A stretch of DNA of 32,000 nucleotides from Chlamydiales bacterium (GTDB lineage Bacteria; Chlamydiota; Chlamydiia; Chlamydiales; SM23-39), in NCBI GenBank assembly GCA_965261025.1, contig OZ253438.1, positions 450,001 to 482,000 on the forward strand, given 5' to 3'. The position numbers and the translations under genes are program-made. The notes beneath the pieces were generated by a model. That model worked only from the letters and a program-made list of their open reading frames with translations, was not told the DNA's origin and ran no database searches. Of this stretch, positions 1-8,307 are shown piece by piece; within the stretch, counting starts at the first letter, position 1; each line of letters starts with the position of its first letter.

Positions 1-201
1 AATGTAGTAGAAGAAGTGGTTGGCAAGCCCATACCGTTGGCCCTTTTCCCTCGTAAAAAGGGGGATCCCCCAGAGCTTTATGCAGATATCACAAAGATAA
101 GAAAAGAACTTTCTTTTGAACCAAAGTATTCTTCCTTAAGAGAAATTGTGCAAACAGCCTATTCTTGGGAAAAATCTTTACTAGCCCCGAACGTCAGATA
201 A
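1..201 (+). CDS. galE: UDP-glucose 4-epimerase-like (SDR epimerase) C-terminal fragment; 5' end lies outside the window
   Basis: Frame 1 is open from nt 1 to TAA at 199-201. The tail RKKGDPPELYADITKIRKELSFEPKYSSLREIVQTAYSWEK fits the R-x-GD...L-x-AD...W C-terminal pattern of GalE-type epimerases. Only 66 aa are visible. Confidence 0.55.
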   Translation, partial: NVVEEVVGKPIPLALFPRKKGDPPELYADITKIRKELSFEPKYSSLREIVQTAYSWEKSLLAPNVR

Positions 202-695
202 TGGTTTTTAGAAAAACTCTTTTTGCCCTTTGTATTACTCTTTTTTGCTTTTTTTCTCCTTTGTCTTTCCAGGTCCCTCTCATTTTTTTTGCTCCTTTTC
301 TTGTTTTTAGCTCTTCTTTTCTTTCTTTAGAAAAGCTTCTTTGGCTCTCTTTTTTAGTAGGAGTCTTTGTAGATTTTTTCTCTTTTACTCTTATGGGAGG
401 ACGGGGAGTTCTTTACCTAATTACCTCTTTTCTTCTACTTCGCAAAAAGAAATTTTTCTTCGAAGAAAGACCTTTTTACTTAGCGATTTTTTCTTTACTT
501 TTTGCTTTTTTATCCGAGTTTTTTCGCCTTCTATTTCTGGAACAGGCCTTTTCTTTTAAAAATGTTCTTTTAACCCCATTTTATTTTTCCTTTTCTACCT
601 TCTTATATGCCATAATCATCTTTGTTCCTTTTCTCTTTTCACTGACCGAACTGTATGCAGTGGCGAAAAGGTGGATTCTTTTAAAAAAACGGTAG
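201..695 (+). CDS. Polytopic Phe-rich integral membrane protein, tentatively MreD-like
   Basis: I prefer the ATG at 201, which gives a TAATG stop/start overlap with galE, over the ORF-track start at 165, which would overlap galE by 37 nt. The protein has about 5 hydrophobic helices. The central LVGVFVDFFSFTLMGGRGVLYLITSFLLLRKK resembles the MreD core (G..lD......lG......y). This is a weak by-eye match. Confidence 0.5.
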   Translation: MVFRKTLFALCITLFCFFSPLSFQVPLIFFAPFLVFSSSFLSLEKLLWLSFLVGVFVDFFSFTLMGGRGVLYLITSFLLLRKKKFFFEERPFYLAIFSLLFAFLSEFFRLLFLEQAFSFKNVLLTPFYFSFSTFLYAIIIFVPFLFSLTELYAVAKRWILLKKR

Positions 696-699
696 GCAT

Positions 700-1488
700 A
701 TGTCTTTTTCTCATGAGACTAAAAAAGCTATAGAAGCTGCTTTTTTAGCAGGTGATATATTAAAAAAAGGATTTTATTCTTCCTATTCCATCTTTTCTAA
801 AGAAGGGGTACATAACCTGGTAACAGAATATGATTATCTCTCAGAGCAGGCCTTAATTAATTTTTTTCATCAAGAATTTCCTCAAGATGCTATTTTATCA
901 GAAGAAAAAGGAAGTCTTTTTGCATCAAAAAGAAGATGGATTCTCGATCCTTTAGATGGTACAGTCAATTTTGCTCATAAAATTCCTATGTTTTCTATAA
1001 GCATTGCCTTAGAGCAAGACAAAGAAGTAACCACAGGGGTAGTTTATCACCCTATTTTGCAAGAGCTCTTCATTGCAGAAAAAGGTAAAGGAGCTTTCCT
1101 TAAAGATACCCCTATCCAAGTGACAAAGACAGCAGAACTAGACCTTTCTTTTTTAGCAACAGGATTTCCCTATAATTTGAAGCAAAATCCCCATAATTGT
1201 ATTTCCTATTTCAGTAAAATTTTACAAAGAGGACTCCCTATTCGCAGGATAGGCTCTGCTGCTTTAGATCTTTCTTATTTAGCAGCAGGAAGATTCGATG
1301 GATTTTTTGAAGTTACCCTGGCTCCTTGGGACATAGCAGCAGGAAAGCTTTTAGTAGAAGAGGCAGGAGGGAAAATTTCTGGATGGGATAAAGTAGACTA
1401 TGATATTCACTCTTATAAGCCTGTTTTAGCTACAAATAGTTTTATCCACGCAGAACTTTCTCAGATCCTAGAAGGAGCTGTAGTGTGA
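700..1488 (+). CDS. suhB: Inositol monophosphatase family protein (SuhB-like)
   Basis: Carries the WILDPLDGTVNFAH motif (IMPase W-x-x-DP-x-DGT-x-NF) and the WDIAAG motif near the C-terminus. Length is 262 aa. The gene is tightly packed in the operon. Confidence 0.9.
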   Translation: MSFSHETKKAIEAAFLAGDILKKGFYSSYSIFSKEGVHNLVTEYDYLSEQALINFFHQEFPQDAILSEEKGSLFASKRRWILDPLDGTVNFAHKIPMFSISIALEQDKEVTTGVVYHPILQELFIAEKGKGAFLKDTPIQVTKTAELDLSFLATGFPYNLKQNPHNCISYFSKILQRGLPIRRIGSAALDLSYLAAGRFDGFFEVTLAPWDIAAGKLLVEEAGGKISGWDKVDYDIHSYKPVLATNSFIHAELSQILEGAVV

Positions 1489-2351
1489 TTGAAGGGAAGA
1501 AATGGGCAGAGAGTTTATTGAAAGAGTATAAAAGAGAAGGAGCTTTTCTAACTGCTAAGCCCAAAATTCATTTTATTTTAGTAGGAGAAGATAGTGCTTC
1601 TCATCTTTACGTAAAAAGAAAACAAAAAGTTTGTGAAGAGGTTGGCTTTTTATCAGGGGTCTCCTTCTTTGAGGAAAATATTTCACAAGACGAGCTTCTA
1701 CAAGAGATAGAAAGGATAAATAGAGACCTCTCAACTCACGCTCTCTTAGTACAAATGCCTCTTCCTGGACATATAGATCCAGAAGTGATTGTCGAAAAAA
1801 TAGCCCCAGAAAAAGACGTGGATGGATTTCATCCTCTGAACATGGGAAAACTTTTACGAGGAAATAAAAATGGACTTATCCCCTGTACTCCTTTAGGGAT
1901 TCAATTTCTATTAAATCAATACAAAATAGATCTTTCCCAGAAAAGAGTCCTTATTTTAGGAAGAAGTAATGTAGTAGGAAAGCCCTTAGCAGCTCTTTTA
2001 ATGCAAAAAGAGGAAAAAGCTAATGCTACCGTGACTATAGCACATAGCAAAACACCTCACTTGAAAGAGCTTACTCTCTCCTGTGATGTATTGATTTGTT
2101 GTATGGGAAAAGCCCATTTCATAAAAGGATCGATGGTAAAAAAAGGGGCTGTTGTCATGGATGTGGGCATAAACCGAATAACCCTTGCGGGAAAAACCCA
2201 ACTAGTAGGAGATGTTTGTTTTAAAGAAGTGGTAAAAAAAGCTTCTCTAATTACCCCTGTTCCTGGAGGAATTGGCCCAATGACTATTGCTATGCTTATA
2301 AAAAATACCCTTTTCTGTTACAAGCTGCAACAAAAGAGGGGTTTCTTTTGA
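1485..2351 (+). CDS. folD: Bifunctional methylenetetrahydrofolate dehydrogenase/cyclohydrolase FolD
   Basis: GTG start overlaps the suhB stop (GTGA), with a GAAGGAG Shine-Dalgarno at 1471-1477. Motifs present: LLVQMPLP, DVDGFHP and PVPGGIGPMTIAML. Confidence 0.95.
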   Translation: MIEGKKWAESLLKEYKREGAFLTAKPKIHFILVGEDSASHLYVKRKQKVCEEVGFLSGVSFFEENISQDELLQEIERINRDLSTHALLVQMPLPGHIDPEVIVEKIAPEKDVDGFHPLNMGKLLRGNKNGLIPCTPLGIQFLLNQYKIDLSQKRVLILGRSNVVGKPLAALLMQKEEKANATVTIAHSKTPHLKELTLSCDVLICCMGKAHFIKGSMVKKGAVVMDVGINRITLAGKTQLVGDVCFKEVVKKASLITPVPGGIGPMTIAMLIKNTLFCYKLQQKRGFF

Positions 2352-2380
2352 TCCCTTTCCGCAATCGATATATATAAAAT

Positions 2381-4477
2381 ATGCCAAATTTTAAAAAATC
2401 TAATAAAAGACAAAGCTATAAAAGCAAAATCATTCAAGCTCTTGCCTTGGGCTCTTTGAGTGAAAAAGAGCTTTTAAGTAAGCTCAAAGTTCCTTCCTCT
2501 TGCTATAAAGCCTTTTATCGAGAAATCAAAGGGCTTTTGCAAGAAAAAGTCCTATTTTCTCGTGATAAGAGATATACGCTTTTACAAAAAGAAAAAAAGG
2601 TTATAGGAACTCTTTCTGTTCACCCAAGAGGGTTTGGCTTTGTATCTCCAAGAAATAAAAAGGAGTTTTCCAAAGATGTTTTCATCCCACGAAAATTTAT
2701 GAAAGGAGCTGTAGATGAGGATCTAGTAGAGGTAGAAATAAAAGAAACTCCTTCTAAAAAGGGTTTTGAAGGAAAGATTTCTCAAATTATAAAAAGAGGA
2801 AAAAAAAGATTACTGGGTACAGTTACCCTGAAAACAAATAAAGGATATTTACTCTTTGTTCCCTCTTTAAAAGAGGAAAGATCTGTCCTTTTGAAAGAAA
2901 CAAAAGAATCCTTACAAAAAGGAGATAGAGTAGTAGTAAATATCTGTAGTTGGGGAGGAGAAAAGGGCCCGATACAAACCAGTTTAGAAAGGAAAATAGG
3001 CTCTATTTTTGAGGCAAAAACGGATACAATAGCTGCTTTACAAGAGTTTTCTATAGAGGAAAATTTCCCCGAGGAAGTAAAAGATCAAGCCAAAAAATGG
3101 GGGCTTTTTGTTCGAGAAGAAGACAAAAAGGACCGGGTAGACTATACCCGCTTAAACACCATAACTATAGACCCTAAAACAGCTAAAGATTTTGATGATG
3201 CCATTTCTTTAGAAAAAGAAGCTTCGTGTATCCATTTGTATGTTCATATAGCGGACGTAGCCCACTATGTTAAATCGGGCTCGAAACTAGATAAAAAAGC
3301 TTTTGAAAGAGCTAATTCCACGTATTTTCCGGGAAAATGTATCCCCATGCTTCCGGAGAGTTTATCCAATGGCCTTTGCAGTTTAAAACCGGACGTAATT
3401 CGTTTAGCTGTAACCGTAAAAATGAGTTTTTCCTTAGAAGGAGATTTGTTAGAGCAGAAGATAGAGCGCTCCTTCATTTTAAGCAAAAAACGCTTTTCCT
3501 ATGAAGAAGCTTTTGCTGTATTACAAAATAGGGAAAAAAGTTCTTACCTTCCCCTTCTAAAGGATTTAGTTTTTCTGTGTATGCTTTTAAAAAAGAAAAG
3601 GCAAGAAAGAGGTAGTATTGAGTTTGCTCTTCCTGAAGCGCAAATTCTCCTAGATGAAAATGAGAGTCCCAGAGGGATTGAAATTCATGAATATGACATT
3701 ACTCACCAAATGATAGAAGAATTTATGTTGAAAGCAAATGAAGTAGTGGCTACGACTCTTCATAAAAAAGGGCTTTCGCTTATTTTCCGGGTTCATCAGA
3801 GCCCTTCTTCGGAGAGCTTAGAAGACTTTTATCAAACTGTACGTATTTTGGGGTTTTCTCTTCCTAATTCTCCTTCTACAAGGGATTTACAAAAACTATT
3901 TTTACAAGCAAAAGACTCTCCTTTTTTTCACAGGCTTTCTGTGGCTTTTATCCGTAGTATGAAACTGGCTCTTTATTCCCCTGATAATATAGGACACTAT
4001 GGACTTGCTTTAACTCATTACACTCATTTTACCAGCCCCATAAGAAGATACTCTGATCTTGTTATTAGCCGTTTGTTATTTCAAGAACCTTTTGAAGGAG
4101 ATCTAGCTAAAATTGCAAAGCACTGCTCTGAGAAAGAAAGAGTCTCCATGAAAGCAGAACAAAATGTAGTCTTTTTAAAAAAACTTCGCCTCCTAAGAGG
4201 ATATTTCAAAGAAAATCCTAAAAGGACCTACAAAGCTACTATAACTAAAATAAAACCATCGCATTTATTCTTTGAGCTAGATGATTTCTTTTTTGAAGGG
4301 AGTTTTTCTTTTTCTGATATAGATGTAGATTATTTCGAATTTATAGAAGAAAAAGCCCTTTGGTTAGGATCAAAAAAGGGCATTTCTTTAGCACAGGGAG
4401 ATAAACTTTTAGTAGGGATAAAGACTATTGATCTAATCCATCAAGAAGCTTTTTTTTTATTTTATAATCTCGTCTGA
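2381..4477 (+). CDS. rnr: Ribonuclease R (RNase II/VacB family 3'-5' exoribonuclease)
   Basis: The RNB domain motifs DPKTAKDFDDAIS and HYGLALTHYTHFTSPIRRYSDLV are present. There is an N-terminal cold-shock-like HPRGFGFV and a C-terminal S1-like region. Length is 698 aa. Confidence 0.95.
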   Translation: MPNFKKSNKRQSYKSKIIQALALGSLSEKELLSKLKVPSSCYKAFYREIKGLLQEKVLFSRDKRYTLLQKEKKVIGTLSVHPRGFGFVSPRNKKEFSKDVFIPRKFMKGAVDEDLVEVEIKETPSKKGFEGKISQIIKRGKKRLLGTVTLKTNKGYLLFVPSLKEERSVLLKETKESLQKGDRVVVNICSWGGEKGPIQTSLERKIGSIFEAKTDTIAALQEFSIEENFPEEVKDQAKKWGLFVREEDKKDRVDYTRLNTITIDPKTAKDFDDAISLEKEASCIHLYVHIADVAHYVKSGSKLDKKAFERANSTYFPGKCIPMLPESLSNGLCSLKPDVIRLAVTVKMSFSLEGDLLEQKIERSFILSKKRFSYEEAFAVLQNREKSSYLPLLKDLVFLCMLLKKKRQERGSIEFALPEAQILLDENESPRGIEIHEYDITHQMIEEFMLKANEVVATTLHKKGLSLIFRVHQSPSSESLEDFYQTVRILGFSLPNSPSTRDLQKLFLQAKDSPFFHRLSVAFIRSMKLALYSPDNIGHYGLALTHYTHFTSPIRRYSDLVISRLLFQEPFEGDLAKIAKHCSEKERVSMKAEQNVVFLKKLRLLRGYFKENPKRTYKATITKIKPSHLFFELDDFFFEGSFSFSDIDVDYFEFIEEKALWLGSKKGISLAQGDKLLVGIKTIDLIHQEAFFLFYNLV

Positions 4478-4496
4478 TTCCTTTGCTTATCTCCAC

Positions 4497-4988
4497 TCAA
4501 AAATACGAAGTATGAACAAAGAGGTTTCTCTTAGAAAAAGAACGCATCTTTCTTCTTAGATCGGCAGCTTGATATCTTTTTTTTTCTTCTTCCGTCTGAG
4601 GAACCACCTTAGGTATCCGAACAGGATTTGCTTCTTTATCTACCGCTGAATAGGTAAAATAGGCGGATAGAATATCTTTTTCCTGCAGAAGGCGAAAATC
4701 CTCTGCTACTACTTTTAATCCTATTTCCATATAGCTATCCCAAACTCGATTAATACAAGCTTTAGCAAGTAAAAGGTCTTGTTCTAAAATAGGATGGAAA
4801 AATTGTAAAGAATCAATACCGAGAAAAATGCACCTAACTCCTGCATGCTTTTGTGCCAGTTGCAAGGAAAATGTGGAAAGCTCCTCAAGTAAAGAAACAG
4901 ATAAAGAATTGTTCTTTTTTAAAGGTAAAGAAAGCTTTTTCTGAACCGCGGAAAAAGAAACAGGCTTTTCCTCGCAAGCATTTTCCAT
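4497..4988 (-). CDS. Hotdog-fold acyl-CoA thioesterase-like protein (divergent)
   Basis: GIDSLQFFHPI ... SAYFTYSAVDKEANPVRIPKVVPQTEEEKKRYQAADLRRKMR follows the YciA/ACOT-type pattern (vD.i.F..P ... ftfVAvD..g.P..vP.l.p.t.eE...y..A..Rr). The N-terminal part is divergent. A GGGAG Shine-Dalgarno lies 4 nt upstream of the ATG. Confidence 0.5.
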   Translation of the reverse strand: MENACEEKPVSFSAVQKKLSLPLKKNNSLSVSLLEELSTFSLQLAQKHAGVRCIFLGIDSLQFFHPILEQDLLLAKACINRVWDSYMEIGLKVVAEDFRLLQEKDILSAYFTYSAVDKEANPVRIPKVVPQTEEEKKRYQAADLRRKMRSFSKRNLFVHTSYF

Positions 4989-5121
4989 GTTACTCCCTTT
5001 TTCTGTTTCCTATATTCAAGCTTCGATTTTTTGAAAAGACAGAATCTTTTTCTTCTTTGAAATTTTTTTAAAAAAAAAAGGCAAGTTACTAATAACAAGA
5101 TAATTAAATTAGAAATCCCCC

Positions 5122-5161
5122 AAAACAGAAAAAGAGGAGACAGCCGAAGCTACCTCCTCTT
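5122..5161 (-). terminator. Rho-independent terminator of the rplM-rpsI operon
   Basis: The minus-strand RNA reads AAGAGGAGGUAGC-UUCG-GCUGUCUCCUCUU. This is a 13-bp stem (2 G-U pairs) capped by a UUCG tetraloop and followed by UUUCUGUUUU. It starts 25 nt downstream of the rpsI stop. Confidence 0.7.
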
Positions 5162-5185
5162 GAAATCAGAATAAACAGCGGAAAA

Positions 5186-5584
5186 TTATCGCTTAGAGTA
5201 TTGAAACCTCTTCCTGGCTTTGGCTCTGCCATATTTTTTCCTCTCCTTCCTTCTAGGATCCCTGGTAAGATAACCAAGCTCTTTTAATTCTTTCCGAAGA
5301 GTTTCATCTTTACAAACTAATGCTCTAGAAATCCCAAGGCGAGTAGCTACAGCCTGGGCTGCAACACCCCCTCCTTTGGCACGGATGATCAGATCAAACT
5401 GGCCTAAATAACCAGCTCTTACCAAAGGATCTAAAATCTGGTTCCTCTGAACTTCCGAAGGAAAATACTCCTTCATTTCTTTACCATTGATATCCACTTT
5501 TCCTGTCCCTGGCCGAATGCGAACTGCAGAAACCGCAGTCTTTCTTCTCCCTATTCCAATAATATCTTCACTTTTGTTGCTCAT
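5186..5584 (-). CDS. rpsI: 30S ribosomal protein S9
   Basis: GGGVAAQAVATRLGISRAL and the C-terminal RDPRRKERKKYGRAKARKRFQYSKR are the classic S9 signatures. Length is 132 aa. Confidence 0.97.
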   Translation of the reverse strand: MSNKSEDIIGIGRRKTAVSAVRIRPGTGKVDINGKEMKEYFPSEVQRNQILDPLVRAGYLGQFDLIIRAKGGGVAAQAVATRLGISRALVCKDETLRKELKELGYLTRDPRRKERKKYGRAKARKRFQYSKR

Positions 5585-5591
5585 GTAATCC

Positions 5592-6053
5592 TCAGATGTT
5601 TGCTGTGATAGGTTTCTGCGCCTGTAGGCAATGCTTTTCGTCTTTGTATATATGAAGTTTTTTGATTTGCTTTCTTCCCAAACGAGTCTTAGGAAGCATT
5701 CCCTTAACTGCGTGCCAGAGAATATATTCCGGTTTTTTTTCTTTCATAGTAGCATAGGGAATTTCTTTTAATCCCCCTATATAACCCGTATAGGAGCGAT
5801 AAAGCTTCTGCTGCTCTTTACTTCCTGTGACGTGCACCTTTGCTGCATTAACCACTATTACTCCATCTCCCGTATCCACGTTAGGGGTGAAATCTGGCTT
5901 GTGTTTCCCCCTGAGGACTTTAGCAATTTCAGAAGCAAGACGCCCTAAAGTTTTCCCTTGAGCATCAAACAAATACCATCTTCTATTTGCAAGAGCCTCT
6001 TCTTTAGAAACAAACTGGGTAATTTTTTTCGGCGCTTTTACAGAACAATTCAT
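5592..6053 (-). CDS. rplM: 50S ribosomal protein L13
   Basis: [47 protein letters not shown] is the L13 signature. I chose the ATG at 6053 (153 aa, normal L13 length) over the TTG at 6113 in the ORF track, which adds 20 non-homologous residues. Confidence 0.93.
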   Translation of the reverse strand: MNCSVKAPKKITQFVSKEEALANRRWYLFDAQGKTLGRLASEIAKVLRGKHKPDFTPNVDTGDGVIVVNAAKVHVTGSKEQQKLYRSYTGYIGGLKEIPYATMKEKKPEYILWHAVKGMLPKTRLGRKQIKKLHIYKDEKHCLQAQKPITANI

Positions 6054-6160
6054 AAGTAGCTCTTTCTTAAATATTCGCTCTAAAGGATAGCGATTCGTAG
6101 TTTTTTTTGCCAAGATTTTTATGCAGAAGGCTTAAACGCTTAATAAAATTCAAATATTTC

Positions 6161-6188
6161 ATAATAGCGCTACTTTAAGATCTATCAA
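6161..6188 (-). promoter_or_regulatory. Candidate sigma-70/66-type promoter for rplM-rpsI
   Basis: The minus strand reads TTGATA (6188-6183), a 16-nt spacer, then TATTAT (6166-6161). This implies a leader of about 100 nt to the ATG at 6053. The background is AT-rich, so a chance match is plausible. Confidence 0.3.
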
Positions 6189-6294
6189 AATTTAAGAAAA
6201 ATGAGCTAAACAGACCTATTATCTTCTTGGAAAAAGGGGGCAACAAGAAAAAAATTTATAGATTTTTGTTTTTAAATTGATAAAAACCCTGCTT

Positions 6295-6333
6295 TTTAAT
6301 CCCCTCTTCTTCTAAGAAGAAGAGGGGATTAAA
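6295..6333. repeat. Perfect 39-nt palindrome (18-bp stem, 3-nt loop) immediately downstream of the 591-aa gene; possible terminator or protein-binding site
   Basis: TTTAATCCCCTCTTCTTC-TAA-GAAGAAGAGGGGATTAAA has no mismatch. It begins 13 nt after the stop at 6346. Neither strand has an immediately adjacent U-tract. On the minus strand a T5 run follows about 10 nt later. Confidence 0.6.
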
Positions 6334-6345
6334 TCATACTAAGTC

Positions 6346-8121
6346 CTATATTTCCTTTGCTCTACTTACACTCCCATCCAAGTTCATTTCGAGAGGAAAC
6401 TTTTCAGAGGAAATATTTGTTCTAGGAAAAGTTAGCTCAAATTCAAAAAGACCTGTTTGTTTAAATCTATGCCTTCGAGACTCCGCGAGTTGTACAAAAC
6501 CATCGAAGCCCTTCTGGGTATTACAAATAGACTGTATCTTTTCAAAATAGGTTGTAATTCTATTTTCAAAAGCGCTTTCCCATCCATTATTTCCAGTAAG
6601 CCAGTTGGTCAAAAATTCATGTTCTGCAGATCCCTCTATTTTGGCATTCTTCGAGTTTTGAATATTTTCTACAAAACTCTTATCCAAAGACGCACCCTGA
6701 TCTCCTGCAGTAATCTCAAGAGGAACATAGTGTTCTAACTTTGAACGTTTTAATGAGTGTATTGGATTCTGAAAATCAACCATTAAAATACAAGCAGCTA
6801 ATCTCCTACTAATGATTTCTCGATGAATCATCTTATCTAATAAATCGATATCTTCAAAAGCAGGTTCAGGAACAAAAAAGGCAAAATGCGTATCACCAGG
6901 AATATTGACCGTTCCTGAACGAAGAGAAAAGTCAAACTTGGATAGGGCTTGCTCATAAATTGTACGACTGACTTGAGCCCGGTCAACAATAGGAATGAGT
7001 CCTGTTTTTTCCAAAGCAAAAAAATTAGCAAAAAAGGTAAAAGGAAGAGTAAGTTGAGCTTTTTGAGACTGAGAAGAATCGGGTGAGCTGATTAGATTCA
7101 AATTGGTAGTAGATAAGATTTGCCTTAGTAGATCATTAGGACGCGTTATTGTTTTTCCATCCGACCCTATGGCGTGATCGATTCGGCTTTCATTCCAGGC
7201 AGAAATTCCTGCTTTAAACTGGATTTCAAAGCGGTCTGCTTTTTTCCTATTTGTAAAGTACTCGGTACTAACAAAGGGATCATTTTCCGAAAAAATTTTT
7301 GAGAAAATTGTTGCCTCTGAACTATTCCAATGCTGCCAAGGAGAGCGAAGCTCCTTCATTACAGGTCCTCCATTAACGTGACCTGAAAAAGGACCCTTTG
7401 CTCGTGTCTTAGGATCTAGCGCATGAAAACCATTTCCAGACCAAATCCAAAAACCTTGTAACCGCTGATAAAAATTATAGGATCGGCTTTTGTTATCCCA
7501 GCTCATAAGCTGTAGAAACTGCCTTGAAGAATTAACACTAGTCCCTGTACTAACTAGAATGTCAAGACCAATACCGGACGTAGCCTTTGCATTTAAAACA
7601 AGACGGGCTGTCTGATCCACATTATCTGCATTTCTTCTCCAGGCAATTTGCCCGTTTTCAGCAATTAAAAAAACGTCAATTTCTTCAATTTCTTTTAATC
7701 TGTCCAGTTGACTTTTTATCTGCTCCATCGTGAGAGGAAAGAACCCTTTTTTTAAAAAAAGATTGGCGAAAGGATCGTTGATTGAGTTCTCAACTTCCTC
7801 CGAAGACATGGCTTTAGGCAAACCCTGATCCATGCCAACAATGAATTTATAAACCACCTTTCTGGAAGCAGAAGGATCAAAGCGAGTAGGCCCCATTGGC
7901 GCCTCTTCTTCGGGAGGTAATACCCCCAAATTCGAGAATTGGTGGATACTTGAAAAGTCTCTTCGTAAACTAGAAAAAGAGTTTCCTACTCTTGAGAGAA
8001 AATATCCAGAAATAACTCTCTCTTTTCCCTTAAGGCCTTGTGAAAAATAAGAGTCGCCGGATATCAATCTTCCAAAAGTAAAAGCTGGGATCAACCTAGA
8101 GGTAATTGCATTAGTTAACAT
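6346..8121 (-). CDS. Hypothetical soluble protein 'B' (591 aa), family not recognised
   Basis: Long ORF. The start is set at ATG 8121 because AAGGAG (8133-8128) lies 6 nt upstream. The ORF-track start at 8208 has no RBS and runs through an upstream hairpin. No TM helix or signal peptide is present. Distinctive strings are FYQRLQGFWIWSGNGFHALDPKTRAKGPFSGHVNGGPVMKELRSPWQHWNS and GDTHFAFFVPEPAFEDIDLL. Confidence 0.8.
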   Translation of the reverse strand: MLTNAITSRLIPAFTFGRLISGDSYFSQGLKGKERVISGYFLSRVGNSFSSLRRDFSSIHQFSNLGVLPPEEEAPMGPTRFDPSASRKVVYKFIVGMDQGLPKAMSSEEVENSINDPFANLFLKKGFFPLTMEQIKSQLDRLKEIEEIDVFLIAENGQIAWRRNADNVDQTARLVLNAKATSGIGLDILVSTGTSVNSSRQFLQLMSWDNKSRSYNFYQRLQGFWIWSGNGFHALDPKTRAKGPFSGHVNGGPVMKELRSPWQHWNSSEATIFSKIFSENDPFVSTEYFTNRKKADRFEIQFKAGISAWNESRIDHAIGSDGKTITRPNDLLRQILSTTNLNLISSPDSSQSQKAQLTLPFTFFANFFALEKTGLIPIVDRAQVSRTIYEQALSKFDFSLRSGTVNIPGDTHFAFFVPEPAFEDIDLLDKMIHREIISRRLAACILMVDFQNPIHSLKRSKLEHYVPLEITAGDQGASLDKSFVENIQNSKNAKIEGSAEHEFLTNWLTGNNGWESAFENRITTYFEKIQSICNTQKGFDGFVQLAESRRHRFKQTGLFEFELTFPRTNISSEKFPLEMNLDGSVSRAKEI

Positions 8122-8150
8122 CAAATTCTCCTTTGAATTCTTTTTGTGTT

Positions 8151-8193
8151 GGTAAAAAGCCCAGTTTTTCTTCATAAAGAAAAAATAACTGGG
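8151..8193 (-). terminator. Intercistronic hairpin plus T5 between genes A and B (attenuator, partial terminator or mRNA-stability element)
   Basis: The minus-strand RNA reads CCCAGUUAUUUUUUCUUUAUGAAGAAAAACUGGG. It forms a 7-bp base, one mismatch, then 6 more pairs including 2 G-U, around a 6-nt loop. CUUUUU follows directly. It ends only about 18 nt before the Shine-Dalgarno of gene B. Confidence 0.4.
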
Positions 8194-8307
8194 CACAATT
8201 AATAGCAACGGAACTTGTCCTGCAGCCTAAAAGCATGCCAAAAAGTCCCCTAACAGAATCTTTATAGCTCTCAAGCTCTGTATACAAAACAAAGCCTGAA
8301 ATAACTC

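Noticed and set aside
8122-8208. Longer 620-aa form of protein B starting at 8208 (MLLIVPSYFFFMKKNWAF...).
   Set aside because: No Shine-Dalgarno precedes 8208, and the extension runs through the terminator-like hairpin. The internal ATG at 8121 has a perfect AAGGAG at 6-nt spacing.
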